DNA of 64,000 nt from positions 4,517-68,516 of the forward strand of contig CAZIBI010000011.1 in the NCBI GenBank assembly GCA_964537215.1, read 5' to 3'. Each line of letters starts with the position of its first letter. Positions within the stretch are counted from its first letter, which is position 1. This DNA comes from an uncultured Ignavibacteria bacterium (lineage in GTDB: Bacteria > Zixibacteria > MSB-5A5 > CAIYYT01). Made by a program: the position numbers and the translations under genes. The notes beneath the pieces are model-generated. The model saw nothing but the letters and a program-made list of their open reading frames with translations, was not told the origin of the DNA and made no database searches. This document shows positions 1 through 8,092 of this stretch, piece after piece.

Positions 1-333
1 CAGTTTAACGCCTATTTGCGCTCGATCGTCTTGAATACGGTCTTGAAAGCGGCTGAAAGCGAAGCAAGGCTGGAGCCAAGCTCGGAGTCTGTGTTGCCGG
101 AAGCCACCAACGGCGACGAGTTCAAGCGGTTTGCCGACAAGGACGTGGTCGAATTTGTCCTCGGTCGCCTAAACTCCGGATGCCGTGAGCTCCTGACGCT
201 CAAGTACTTGCAAGATTTGGACAATTCCGAAATCGCAGAGAAACTGGGACTGCGCGAGGGTACAGTTAGAGTTCGAATTCATCGTTGCACCGAGGGCGCA
301 AAAGAAGTATTGAGGGACAATGGACTTCTGTAA
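1..333 (+). CDS. ECF (sigma-70 family) RNA polymerase sigma factor, C-terminal part; gene continues upstream of the window
   Basis: The translation contains a sigma region 4 helix-turn-helix (...LTLKYLQDLDNSEIAEKLGLREGTVRVRIHRCTEGAKEVL). The reading frame is open back to position 1, and the start listed by the ORF finder at 16 is a TTG. An anti-sigma factor gene follows immediately. Confidence 0.7.
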   Translation, partial: QFNAYLRSIVLNTVLKAAESEARLEPSSESVLPEATNGDEFKRFADKDVVEFVLGRLNSGCRELLTLKYLQDLDNSEIAEKLGLREGTVRVRIHRCTEGAKEVLRDNGLL

Positions 334-382
334 CAATAGCATCGGAACTGGTACCGATATGTTGGAGGCGTGGAGATAGCTT

Positions 383-1231
383 ATGGCTTGCAACGATCCG
401 CGCTACCAATTCTTGCTGGCTGATGCCGCATTGGGCAAACTGTCGCCAGGCGAGATGTTCCAGCTTCAGAGCCACTTGCGCAGCTGTCAAACTTGCCGTG
501 AGAGCTTCAGGGCCGGCGCGATTTTGGCAGGAAAGGACCACGAAGATTTGACTAAGGAATTTGGCGGGCATCCATCAAACGACGAAATTACGCAATACTA
601 CTCGGAGCGCGCCGGCTTGGCGCCCGCCGTTTTGCAATCGATTGAATCGCATCTGGAACTGTGCGCCTTGTGCCGCGAAGAATTGCAATTGTTCGAGCAG
701 GTCGAGCAGGAAATGCTTGCGGCAGCTACGGCAGGACAGAAAACAGCCGGCAATGACGGCGGCTGGCAACACGCTAAGGCGATTGTCCTCCACCCGGTTT
801 TTGCTGCGGCGGTGCTTCTTGTCGTGGCGACGCCGCTGTATCTGATGTGGCGAGATCAAGCCAAACTTTCGGCGCCGATAGTTCCAGGCATACCAACTGC
901 GATAGAACTAAGAGAACCGAGCCGATCGGGCGGAAGCATACAGACTATCCTCAAGCGGCCCGATGGCAGCTATCTGCATCTCATTCTGCCCTATCCTTAT
1001 CAAGTCAGCACGCGTCACTATTTTGTGCAGCTTCACGGTGCCGAAGCAATGAGCGCGGAATCACCGCCGGTCTGGTTGAGATTTTCGCAAGCCGGTAAGA
1101 TCGATGCGTTGATTGGGGCCGCCAATCTCCCCGAAGGGCGGTATGAGCTTACAGTATTCGATGTCGGACGCGAGTTACTGCCCGATACTCTTACCACCTC
1201 ATTCATCTTTGATCTCAAAATTCGAGATTAG
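383..1231 (+). CDS. ZAS-type anti-sigma factor: two zf-HC2 motifs, one transmembrane helix and a periplasmic C-terminal domain
   Basis: There are two HxxxCxxC motifs (HLRSCQTC and HLELCALC). A hydrophobic helix (AIVLHPVFAAAVLLVVATPLYLMW) is followed by a roughly 130-aa C-terminal domain. The gene lies directly downstream of the ECF sigma gene. Confidence 0.6.
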   Translation: MACNDPRYQFLLADAALGKLSPGEMFQLQSHLRSCQTCRESFRAGAILAGKDHEDLTKEFGGHPSNDEITQYYSERAGLAPAVLQSIESHLELCALCREELQLFEQVEQEMLAAATAGQKTAGNDGGWQHAKAIVLHPVFAAAVLLVVATPLYLMWRDQAKLSAPIVPGIPTAIELREPSRSGGSIQTILKRPDGSYLHLILPYPYQVSTRHYFVQLHGAEAMSAESPPVWLRFSQAGKIDALIGAANLPEGRYELTVFDVGRELLPDTLTTSFIFDLKIRD

Positions 1232-1267
1232 CATTTTCAGCGCCAGCAAAGTTGTCGAACAACGCAA

Positions 1268-4200
1268 CTATCTTCCAACCACAATAAAGGCTCCCCACGA
1301 GTATGGATGCGGCGGCATATTTGCTTCGCGAAGTTCACGTAGCGTGGCAAGCTGCGCTTTTCGCACAGCCGATGCAAAACCTTCTTGAAGATTTGTGTAG
1401 AGTCGCTGCATTAGTCGTGCTGTTGATTGGTCGGGCACGTTCCAAAGCGTGCTTACGATGGTCTCGACTCCGGCCAGTTGGAATGCCCGGCGCAGACCAT
1501 AGACGCCCTCGCCATCGTTCACAGTCCCAAGACCCGACTCGCAAGCGGAGAGGACCACGCATTTCGTGCCATGTAAGTCCATCGCAGCGATTTCCTCGCC
1601 GGACAGAACTCCATCCTCCCCGACCAAGGCTGAATCCGCGGGCGCGAGCACTGCCGCTCCGGCTAATAGCAATCCAGATAGCAAAAGAGGATTTGCCGTC
1701 GTGACTTCTTCAAGAGCTTTTGGAAAACAATCATGTGAGAGAAAGTAGGCATGCGTTGCCAGGTGAATAATCTCGTTTCCGCTCGCCAGCCGTTTGAAAT
1801 TCTCCTCGGAAGCTGCGTCACCTACGAGAATATATACCGGCTGCGAATGCGCGGCTCGCCATATTCGAGCGGCGCTTTTTACCTCGCTGCGTGAGGCGAC
1901 CAATGGCGTCAATGATTCCCTCGGAATTCGACAATTTGCCAGTATGCCGCGCGCTACACTATTTTTATTAGAACCCGGTGCATATGAGGCAATCTCCGGA
2001 TTCGTGCTGGCGAAACGTTTCGACAGATCAGCAGTGAAATTCGGGTCGCCGAGCGCCAGCAATCCCGATTGGCGATTTGCAGGGGCAACATCTCGATTGA
2101 GATCGCGAATGCTGTTCAGGTAGGAAAATTGATATTGTTCGATCAGAAACGAATTCGTTGAAGTCGGGAGTGATCCAAACGAAAGCGAATTCAGCGCGCC
2201 GTCGGGAATGACAAACACCTGTCCCGAATCGGGCATGAACTTGCTCAAGGGCTGCCACACGCTGGCAGCTATTTTTTGACCGACCGCGAGGTAAACCAAT
2301 AGCGAATTTGAGTCAGCATCGCCGCCGGTTTCCGACATTGCGCTCATCTGCAAACCGACCCGTCCGATGGCGTCTTCGATTGGCTCTGCCGCGCCCAAGT
2401 TGATCGCCCGCAAAGATCCTCTGTTCGCGATGAACGCTGCATATTGCGATACTCTGCGAGTTGCTGAATAATATTTGACAAACTCAATGAGCGGCGAATT
2501 TTCGCGCAGTAAATTTATCGTTTTATCTTCGCTTAGAATTAGGGTGCCGGGGTCGTCGCCAATCTCGTATCCCAGATGCACCAGCGATTCTTCCAAGAAC
2601 AGTTTTCGAGCGGCAAGGCGCTTGAGTCGACGGTCGAATTTTGCAAAAGAGGAGTCCGCATCGTTTTCAATTTGCGCTCGCGCCAATTGAAGTGAAACAT
2701 CCCGCAACGAATCAAGCAATGGAGACACTCGTTTGTTATTCGAATTCATCAGGTGGGCGCGGTGCTCCAGCACAGATTCCGACACGATCGCCCTCCCGGA
2801 AAGAATCACGGCTGCAAACTCGTCGACAGCGACCGATTTGAGATCGATTCCGGATCTTTCGGGCTGCCGTCGCTGATCGTCATCGGCAAAGAGCGAAGAA
2901 ATGAATTTGTCGCGCAGTTTGTTAATTTCACCGGCAAAACGAGCCGCCTTCAATTCCGGCAATACCTGCACAGCATCCTGAAATCCTGCAAGAGCAATTT
3001 GGTAGGCTCTGGCAAAAGACCGCTGCGCTTCTTTTACTCGATTGCTCCGCAGCTGCAATTCGCCATAGCTGGATAGCAATTCACTCATTCGTGTGCTCTT
3101 GGTTATTTCAACTGATTCGGCAATCGCGATTGCGCGTTGATAAACTGTGTCCGATTGAACAAGATCGCCGCGATCGCGGAGATATTCGGCATGTTCGACC
3201 AAAGGTCGAATTAGGCGGAAGTTGCTCTCGCCATCCCGGCGGTTAACAATGTCTATTACGAGGCGCACCAGACTGTCGGCCTTGTCCAATTGACCTTCGG
3301 TCTTGTCGATTTCTGCGATTGTCATCAGCGCATCACTGTCGAGACTGTCGCCGCGAGCCCCAAGGATGGCAAGCGCCTTGTTCGCTTCAACATGTGCCAG
3401 CGGCAGTTTGCGTTGCTTGATATGCAGTTTGGCTAAGTCGAGATAACCGAATGCGACCTCCGGGTGGTCCGCACCCAGAAATTTGCGTTTGACTCGTAGA
3501 ACCCGATCCAGCATCTCTTCAGCATCGTCGCTTCGCCCCCACTCATCATATAGCACGGCAAGATTCTGAAGAATGCTCACCGTCGCGGCATCATTGGCGC
3601 CAAGTACAGTTTCACGAATGCCAAGCGCCCGTCGCCAATAGGTTTCCGCCTCGGCGGTCCTTCCCTGATCGAAGCAGACTTTACCCAGAGAATTGAAGCT
3701 TGAAGCGATATCCGGATGGTCCGGCGGCAGAGCCTTTCTGCGGATTTCCAGCGCTACGTTGTAAAGGGATTCGGCGCGCGCAAATTGTCCCATCTGGCGA
3801 TAGAGACCGGCAAGGTTTGACGTCAAGGAAGCGACCTCCTGATGCCCTTCGCCCTGGGTTTGCTTTCTCAATTTTATGCCAAGTGTAATCAGTTCTATGG
3901 CCCGCGAGTACTCGCCTTCGGAAGCAGCGACGCCGCCCAGCCGATCAATACTTCCTTGGCATTCGATATGCTCCAATGGTAAAGCAGCCAAGTTGATTTT
4001 GTACGCTTCGTTCCAATACTGAATCGCCCTCGCGCGATCACCACGTCGTACGTAGTAGTCGCCCAGCCGATTGAGAACATAGCCGACACTGGCATCCGCA
4101 GTTCCCAACCTGGTTCGCGCGATTTGCAACGCCTCCTCTCCGAGTTTGATGGCGGAATCCTGCTCGGCAAACCGACTCTGGACATTTGTAAGAAGAAATT

Positions 4201-4870
4201 TGGAGGCACCCTCGGCAAGATCCATCAGCGCGATGACAACAACCTTGGCATCTCCCCTTTGATTCGCCCGCCACTCTTGGGCGATTTGGGCATCGATGCG
4301 CCAGTTATCTTTGAAACGAAGTAGTCTGACATAGACTCCAACCAACTCGTGCAGATAGGTGAGGCGATTGACCAAAGATGCGTCTACTGAAGTGTCTGAT
4401 AGCGCAAGATTCTCCAGAGAGTCTGCACGCCGTTCGTCGCCTTGCTCCTCTGCCATAATCATCTGGCGCCAGGCGATTGCACGACGAAGCGCAACATTCG
4501 TTGGATGAATTTTCGCCGCGAATGCGGCTGCTGCCGACCAAGACGAGTCGGCTTGGGCGACGGAACTGTCCCGCATGTGATAATCGCCGAGACAGATGAG
4601 TATTGCGGCTCGCGCGCTATCAGCATCCGGCGCTTTCGGATTGACCAATGCATAGGCTTCCCACGCCAGTTGCTTAGCAGAATCGCTCGGCCATATTGCT
4701 CGCTGGCGGGCAAAGGAAATGTCGCACGACAAGCGCTCCGCCAGCGCGAGGCGCGACACCCAATCATTTTGCTCTGCGAGCGAAATAGCTGTAGATAGCA
4801 GAACCGTGATTAGTATGGCCAGACTGCGGGCCAAAACTCCTCCCAGTTTTATTGGTCGGTCAAAGATCAC
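1268..4870 (-). CDS. Secreted or exported TPR-repeat protein with C-terminal CHAT (caspase-like, clan CD) protease domain
   Basis: The N-terminus looks like a signal peptide or anchor (RSLAILITVLLSTAISLA). A long TPR-like helical repeat region follows. The C-terminus has CHAT hallmarks (HLATHAYF..., ...VVLSACESG...). The gene converges on the anti-sigma factor gene. Confidence 0.65.
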   Translation of the reverse strand: MIFDRPIKLGGVLARSLAILITVLLSTAISLAEQNDWVSRLALAERLSCDISFARQRAIWPSDSAKQLAWEAYALVNPKAPDADSARAAILICLGDYHMRDSSVAQADSSWSAAAAFAAKIHPTNVALRRAIAWRQMIMAEEQGDERRADSLENLALSDTSVDASLVNRLTYLHELVGVYVRLLRFKDNWRIDAQIAQEWRANQRGDAKVVVIALMDLAEGASKFLLTNVQSRFAEQDSAIKLGEEALQIARTRLGTADASVGYVLNRLGDYYVRRGDRARAIQYWNEAYKINLAALPLEHIECQGSIDRLGGVAASEGEYSRAIELITLGIKLRKQTQGEGHQEVASLTSNLAGLYRQMGQFARAESLYNVALEIRRKALPPDHPDIASSFNSLGKVCFDQGRTAEAETYWRRALGIRETVLGANDAATVSILQNLAVLYDEWGRSDDAEEMLDRVLRVKRKFLGADHPEVAFGYLDLAKLHIKQRKLPLAHVEANKALAILGARGDSLDSDALMTIAEIDKTEGQLDKADSLVRLVIDIVNRRDGESNFRLIRPLVEHAEYLRDRGDLVQSDTVYQRAIAIAESVEITKSTRMSELLSSYGELQLRSNRVKEAQRSFARAYQIALAGFQDAVQVLPELKAARFAGEINKLRDKFISSLFADDDQRRQPERSGIDLKSVAVDEFAAVILSGRAIVSESVLEHRAHLMNSNNKRVSPLLDSLRDVSLQLARAQIENDADSSFAKFDRRLKRLAARKLFLEESLVHLGYEIGDDPGTLILSEDKTINLLRENSPLIEFVKYYSATRRVSQYAAFIANRGSLRAINLGAAEPIEDAIGRVGLQMSAMSETGGDADSNSLLVYLAVGQKIAASVWQPLSKFMPDSGQVFVIPDGALNSLSFGSLPTSTNSFLIEQYQFSYLNSIRDLNRDVAPANRQSGLLALGDPNFTADLSKRFASTNPEIASYAPGSNKNSVARGILANCRIPRESLTPLVASRSEVKSAARIWRAAHSQPVYILVGDAASEENFKRLASGNEIIHLATHAYFLSHDCFPKALEEVTTANPLLLSGLLLAGAAVLAPADSALVGEDGVLSGEEIAAMDLHGTKCVVLSACESGLGTVNDGEGVYGLRRAFQLAGVETIVSTLWNVPDQSTARLMQRLYTNLQEGFASAVRKAQLATLRELREANMPPHPYSWGAFIVVGR

Positions 4871-5200
4871 GACTGTCGAATATGGTACTAATATAACCCC
4901 TTTTATCGATTAAGTCAAGCTCTGTTGGCGCGAGCCTGCAGTCCTTACGACCGCCCCCTGCGAATTGCGCTCTGGAGAAGCGTCATTTTGAAAGAGGTCT
5001 TTGCAGTGAGCTGCAATGGTGATTCTGGGAAGCTCGATAATGTCCATGAAAGAAGAAGGAATCAATAGTGCCTGGAAGCGACATGTCCGCACGACTTTCT
5101 TGCGACCCGTTCAGTTGGAAGTGTGGAGTTCTTCAGTTGGGTCCACCCGGATAGCTACGTTCCGATGTCAGTCACAATACCGAGGCACAAAAATGGCACA

Positions 5201-5222
5201 CCCGGAGTCTTCGGACTCCGGG
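5201..5222 (-). terminator. Stable hairpin (9-bp stem, UUCG/CGAA tetraloop) downstream of the tRNA remnant; possible terminator
   Basis: The plus-strand sequence is cccggagtc-ttcg-gactccggg. On the minus strand it is followed, after a 6-nt spacer, by AUUUUUG. It sits where a tRNA gene terminator would be expected. Confidence 0.35.
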
Positions 5223-5261
5223 CGGGCTAGTGAAGATCATGATAACTCGTTGGCTAGTAAA

Positions 5262-5306
5262 TGCCGGAGGGGGGAATCGAACCCCCACGGGTTTATGGCC
5301 CGCCGG
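5262..5306 (-). other. tRNA 3'-terminal fragment (T arm plus acceptor 3' strand); putative prophage att core or remnant
   Basis: The minus-strand sequence reads GGGGGUUCGAUUCCCCC-CUCCGGC-A, a canonical T stem-loop (GTPsiC-type UUCGAUU) followed by a 7-nt acceptor 3' strand and discriminator. No complementary 5' acceptor strand (G[CU][CU]GG[AG]G) and no D or anticodon arm occur within 150 nt upstream. Instead there is an unrelated perfect hairpin, GACAGC-AAA-GCUGUC. Confidence 0.5.
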
Positions 5307-5454
5307 ATTTTGAGTCGCTCGGACAGCTTTGCTGTCATAGAGTTACGAATCGTGTAACTGCCGCAGTGTCACTCCAAGAAATTCTTGTCAATAATAAGCT
5401 ATGATCGGTCAACCTCATACTACATTTTTAGGCTCGAATTAGGAAGGAGTAAAA

Positions 5455-6312
5455 ATGTGGGATGAATTGATCAGGTGGATTGGTGCTTTACTTGTCGGTG
5501 GAGCAGGGGTAGGAACATCTCTTGCCGAAACTCGGTATATGGGTGAACTCAACATTAAGGGTCGGCTCTTTCTGTTGAGCACGATTGTTGGCCTGCTAAT
5601 GATCACTGCAGGCGAGGTTTACAATCATTTTGTTGAAGACCGCCTTCAACGTCAGAATCAAATTGAAAATAAGTTCAGTACTCTTAAGGAATTTCCAATC
5701 AGAAATTTGGTGTTTGAATTTCATGTGGACAGCAAGAAGCTTAGCGACTTCCCGACTTTTAGCGCCAACTTCAATATAGAGGCTTTTACACCCGCTAACA
5801 TGAAGTTATTCGCACCCGTCGTACATATGCTCGGCGGGGTCTGCCATGATAGAGATTCGGGATGGGTCACGGGTGGCCCCCCTACTTATCCATTTGAAAT
5901 AGAACACAGCGATACTACACTGAGGTTCATAATTGAAAATCCCATGCTATATGCTGGTCCTAAGAATCCAAAACTTCGAATATCAAAAATATCTGACCTT
6001 GCGGGCCTTGATCTCCAGGTCTTCTTGGTGAGAACAGGGTGGACTGGAGATTGGCGAGATGCAACTTTTTCTCCAAGCGCCAATCCACTTACCGAATGTG
6101 AAGTGTTTGCTGAGGCCACCTTTGGAAAGCAACTTGTTTTGAAGTTGATTCCGGTGTATGAGCGTGATGATTCGAGCTGTGTCGCTGTGTACCTCCCCGC
6201 CACCGAAGCTCTAAAGCTAAGTACCGTGTCGGACTTTCGTCGCGCAGGGTGGAAATATAATCACTTCACGGTTGATGTCGCTGAAATGAAGAACTATTTG
6301 GAAGTACAATAA
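5455..6312 (+). CDS. Membrane protein (two N-terminal transmembrane helices plus a roughly 200-aa soluble domain); cargo or moron gene at the prophage end
   Basis: It is the only substantial plus-strand gene in the prophage. It is visibly more AT-rich than its surroundings and has a strong RBS (AGGAAGGAG, 7 nt before the ATG). The two hydrophobic segments are IRWIGALLVGGAGVGTSLA and LFLLSTIVGLLMITAG. Its own terminator follows. Confidence 0.6.
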   Translation: MWDELIRWIGALLVGGAGVGTSLAETRYMGELNIKGRLFLLSTIVGLLMITAGEVYNHFVEDRLQRQNQIENKFSTLKEFPIRNLVFEFHVDSKKLSDFPTFSANFNIEAFTPANMKLFAPVVHMLGGVCHDRDSGWVTGGPPTYPFEIEHSDTTLRFIIENPMLYAGPKNPKLRISKISDLAGLDLQVFLVRTGWTGDWRDATFSPSANPLTECEVFAEATFGKQLVLKLIPVYERDDSSCVAVYLPATEALKLSTVSDFRRAGWKYNHFTVDVAEMKNYLEVQ

Positions 6313-6313
6313 A

Positions 6314-6348
6314 CCCCGTCAACTTTAGTCGACGGGGTATGTCGCTTT
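6314..6348 (+). terminator. Rho-independent terminator of the plus-strand cargo gene
   Basis: The sequence is ccccgtc-aactttagtc-gacgggg followed by the T-rich stretch tatgtcgcttt, placed 2 nt after the stop codon. Confidence 0.5.
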
Positions 6349-6375
6349 AGGGGACCGACCGGCATCGAGAGAGGG

Positions 6376-6435
6376 GGCAGGAAACTCCCGATACCACACG
6401 GTCGCTCCCCAGCCGTAAGATAGCAGTTTCCTGCC
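6376..6435. repeat. 11-bp perfect inverted repeat (ggcaggaaact / agtttcctgcc) enclosing a 38-nt loop, in the gap between convergent terminators
   Basis: Direct inspection of the sequence. Confidence 0.5.
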
Positions 6436-6458
6436 GTAGTCAAGCGATTTCTCAACAC

Positions 6459-6487
6459 AAAAAAAACCCGGCCGTTTCCGACCGGGG
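6459..6487 (-). terminator. Rho-independent terminator ending the minus-strand late or lysis operon
   Basis: On the minus strand the sequence reads CCCGGUCG-GAAA-CGGCCGGG followed by eight U residues (plus strand aaaaaaaa-cccggccg-tttc-cgaccggg). It lies about 40 nt after the stop of the 6528..6962 gene. Confidence 0.6.
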
Positions 6488-6527
6488 TCACCCTAAAGAA
6501 GAAGCACACCGCCGATGCGGAGTTCTG

Positions 6528-6962
6528 TTAGGCCGCCTTGACCAAGGTCGGTGCTGCCACCTTCTTGAGCCAGTCGGCGCCTTTGAATTTGTTCAGCCAG
6601 GCAATCGCGGCGTCGACGCCCTTGCCGATGATCCAGCCCTCGATCGATTCCGGGACAAACGGAATGTCAATGACGCGGTTGATGATCTCGACCAAAGCGT
6701 CGCGCTTCTCTTTGCTGATCAGCACGGCACCGGTGTCCTTGGCGATCTTCTCGATCAGCCAACCGGCAGTGCGCGAGATCTCTGCGACGGCGAGCATGTT
6801 GCCGGTGACGGCTTTGTCGAAGCCGACGATCTTGCCGGTGTCGTCGAGCTCGAACGGATTCCACCCTTCGACGCCGACCATGCCGACCAACTCCTTGATC
6901 TTGTCGACGTCGAGATATTTGACTAATTCCGTTTTCAGGAATGTCGCATCAATAGATGACAT
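6528..6962 (-). CDS. Hypothetical phage protein (144 aa), last gene of the late operon
   Basis: An ORF with a protein-like composition, positioned downstream of the lysis genes. Confidence 0.4.
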   Translation of the reverse strand: MSSIDATFLKTELVKYLDVDKIKELVGMVGVEGWNPFELDDTGKIVGFDKAVTGNMLAVAEISRTAGWLIEKIAKDTGAVLISKEKRDALVEIINRVIDIPFVPESIEGWIIGKGVDAAIAWLNKFKGADWLKKVAAPTLVKAA

Positions 6963-7022
6963 AGTTATCTCCTGTGATTTTGATTATGGATTTGAGGTGA
7001 GTGAACGAAAGTGTTGCGAGGT

Positions 7023-7505
7023 TTACGCGCCGCGCCGCGGAGAGCCGCCCCAGATGAAATTGCCGACCATGTAGATGATGATCGCTGCCACTGCCCCCTG
7101 CAGACCGAACCGTATTGAATACCAAAACCCGAAACCGGTCGGTGAGATGAAGGCCAGGAATATGCCGATCACGAACGGCAATGCTATTGACCGATTGTCG
7201 ACAAAGAAGAGCTCGCCGTTCTTCTTGACCTTGCGCTTCGTAAATTCCGTCAACACGAAGATCATGCCGACAAGCACGGCGAACAGAAACGGGTTTGCGC
7301 CAAAGTACCGCGCCAGTGACTCGATCGTGAGAATTTTGTCGAAGTCGAACGGCGACGGTGTGACGATAGTCGTATCCACAACAGTCGAGTCGAAGCTGCT
7401 CGCGGTTACGGTTCCGACTGCAGGCACGGCATTAGTCGGAATGGTCTGCTGAGCCCAGAGAGTGACTGGCATGATCAGCAGTGCCAGAACGAAAAGGATT
7501 CTCAT
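7023..7505 (-). CDS. Holin-like or lysis-associated membrane protein (signal peptide plus three transmembrane segments)
   Basis: The product begins MRILFVLALLIMPVTLWAQQ and has three further hydrophobic helices. It lies immediately downstream of the endolysin gene. The start is placed at the internal Met, because the 7023..7640 ORF would overlap the endolysin by 115 nt. Confidence 0.4.
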   Translation of the reverse strand: MRILFVLALLIMPVTLWAQQTIPTNAVPAVGTVTASSFDSTVVDTTIVTPSPFDFDKILTIESLARYFGANPFLFAVLVGMIFVLTEFTKRKVKKNGELFFVDNRSIALPFVIGIFLAFISPTGFGFWYSIRFGLQGAVAAIIIYMVGNFIWGGSPRRGA

Positions 7506-7525
7506 GTGTTTCAAATTCCCTCCAA

Positions 7526-8089
7526 TCATAGCACCGTCCGCGACAACCAGCCGTGGAGGTACCTGCGAAACTGTGAATTGTTGATTGCTAACTGCGTATA
7601 GAAGGCCCGCCGCAAATCCACCTGGCTCTCGGCGATCCAAGCGTAGTCTGACTTTGCCGCGGTCAATGCAGCAATCGTCTGATCGCCCATGACACCATCG
7701 ATCTTGACATCGATGCGCGACTGCGGACTTTTGTTGTGGACGTTTAACGCTGACTGCAAAAATATGACAGCCCGTTGGGCGCCGATATTCACAGCGGCGT
7801 CGAAAAGTTCGTTGGCTATTCGCTGGTGGATAATCTGGTTGCAGCGCAGTCGCTCCCAGATGTCGAGATAGAATGTCTCAACCTCGTCATTGATATCCGG
7901 GTCCAGCTCGAGCATGCGCGGGAAGCCGGGCCCCTTCTTCATCTCGTCGACCTTCACCCACCCCGGCCATTGTGGGTTGCGCTTGCGAGCAATGCCGCGA
8001 AACGTCTCGCCGCCTGGATCGGCGGGATCGATTGAATAGCCGCCCTCGTGCTTGGAAGTTTGCTCCCAAGCGTATTTGAATTCTGCCAT
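7526..8089 (-). CDS. Endolysin, glycoside hydrolase family 108 lysozyme domain with C-terminal peptidoglycan-binding domain
   Basis: The N-terminus carries the GH108 signature HEGGYSIDPADPGGETFRGI. The C-terminal part resembles PG_binding_3. Confidence 0.75.
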   Translation of the reverse strand: MAEFKYAWEQTSKHEGGYSIDPADPGGETFRGIARKRNPQWPGWVKVDEMKKGPGFPRMLELDPDINDEVETFYLDIWERLRCNQIIHQRIANELFDAAVNIGAQRAVIFLQSALNVHNKSPQSRIDVKIDGVMGDQTIAALTAAKSDYAWIAESQVDLRRAFYTQLAINNSQFRRYLHGWLSRTVL

Positions 8090-8092
8090 GGC

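Noticed and set aside
5262-5350. A complete tRNA (or tmRNA) gene on the minus strand
   Set aside because: Only the T arm and acceptor 3' strand are tRNA-like. No sequence complementary to the acceptor 3' strand, and no D or anticodon arm, exists within 150 nt upstream, and the upstream segment forms an unrelated perfect hairpin. It is therefore called a 3' fragment or att remnant instead.
5016-5357. Plus-strand 113-aa ORF
   Set aside because: It overlaps the tRNA remnant and hairpin and has a low-complexity translation. It is most likely non-coding.
7023-7640. A 205-aa ORF as the holin gene
   Set aside because: It would overlap the endolysin by 115 nt. The internal Met at about 7505 gives a signal-peptide-like N-terminus and only a small gap, and is preferred.
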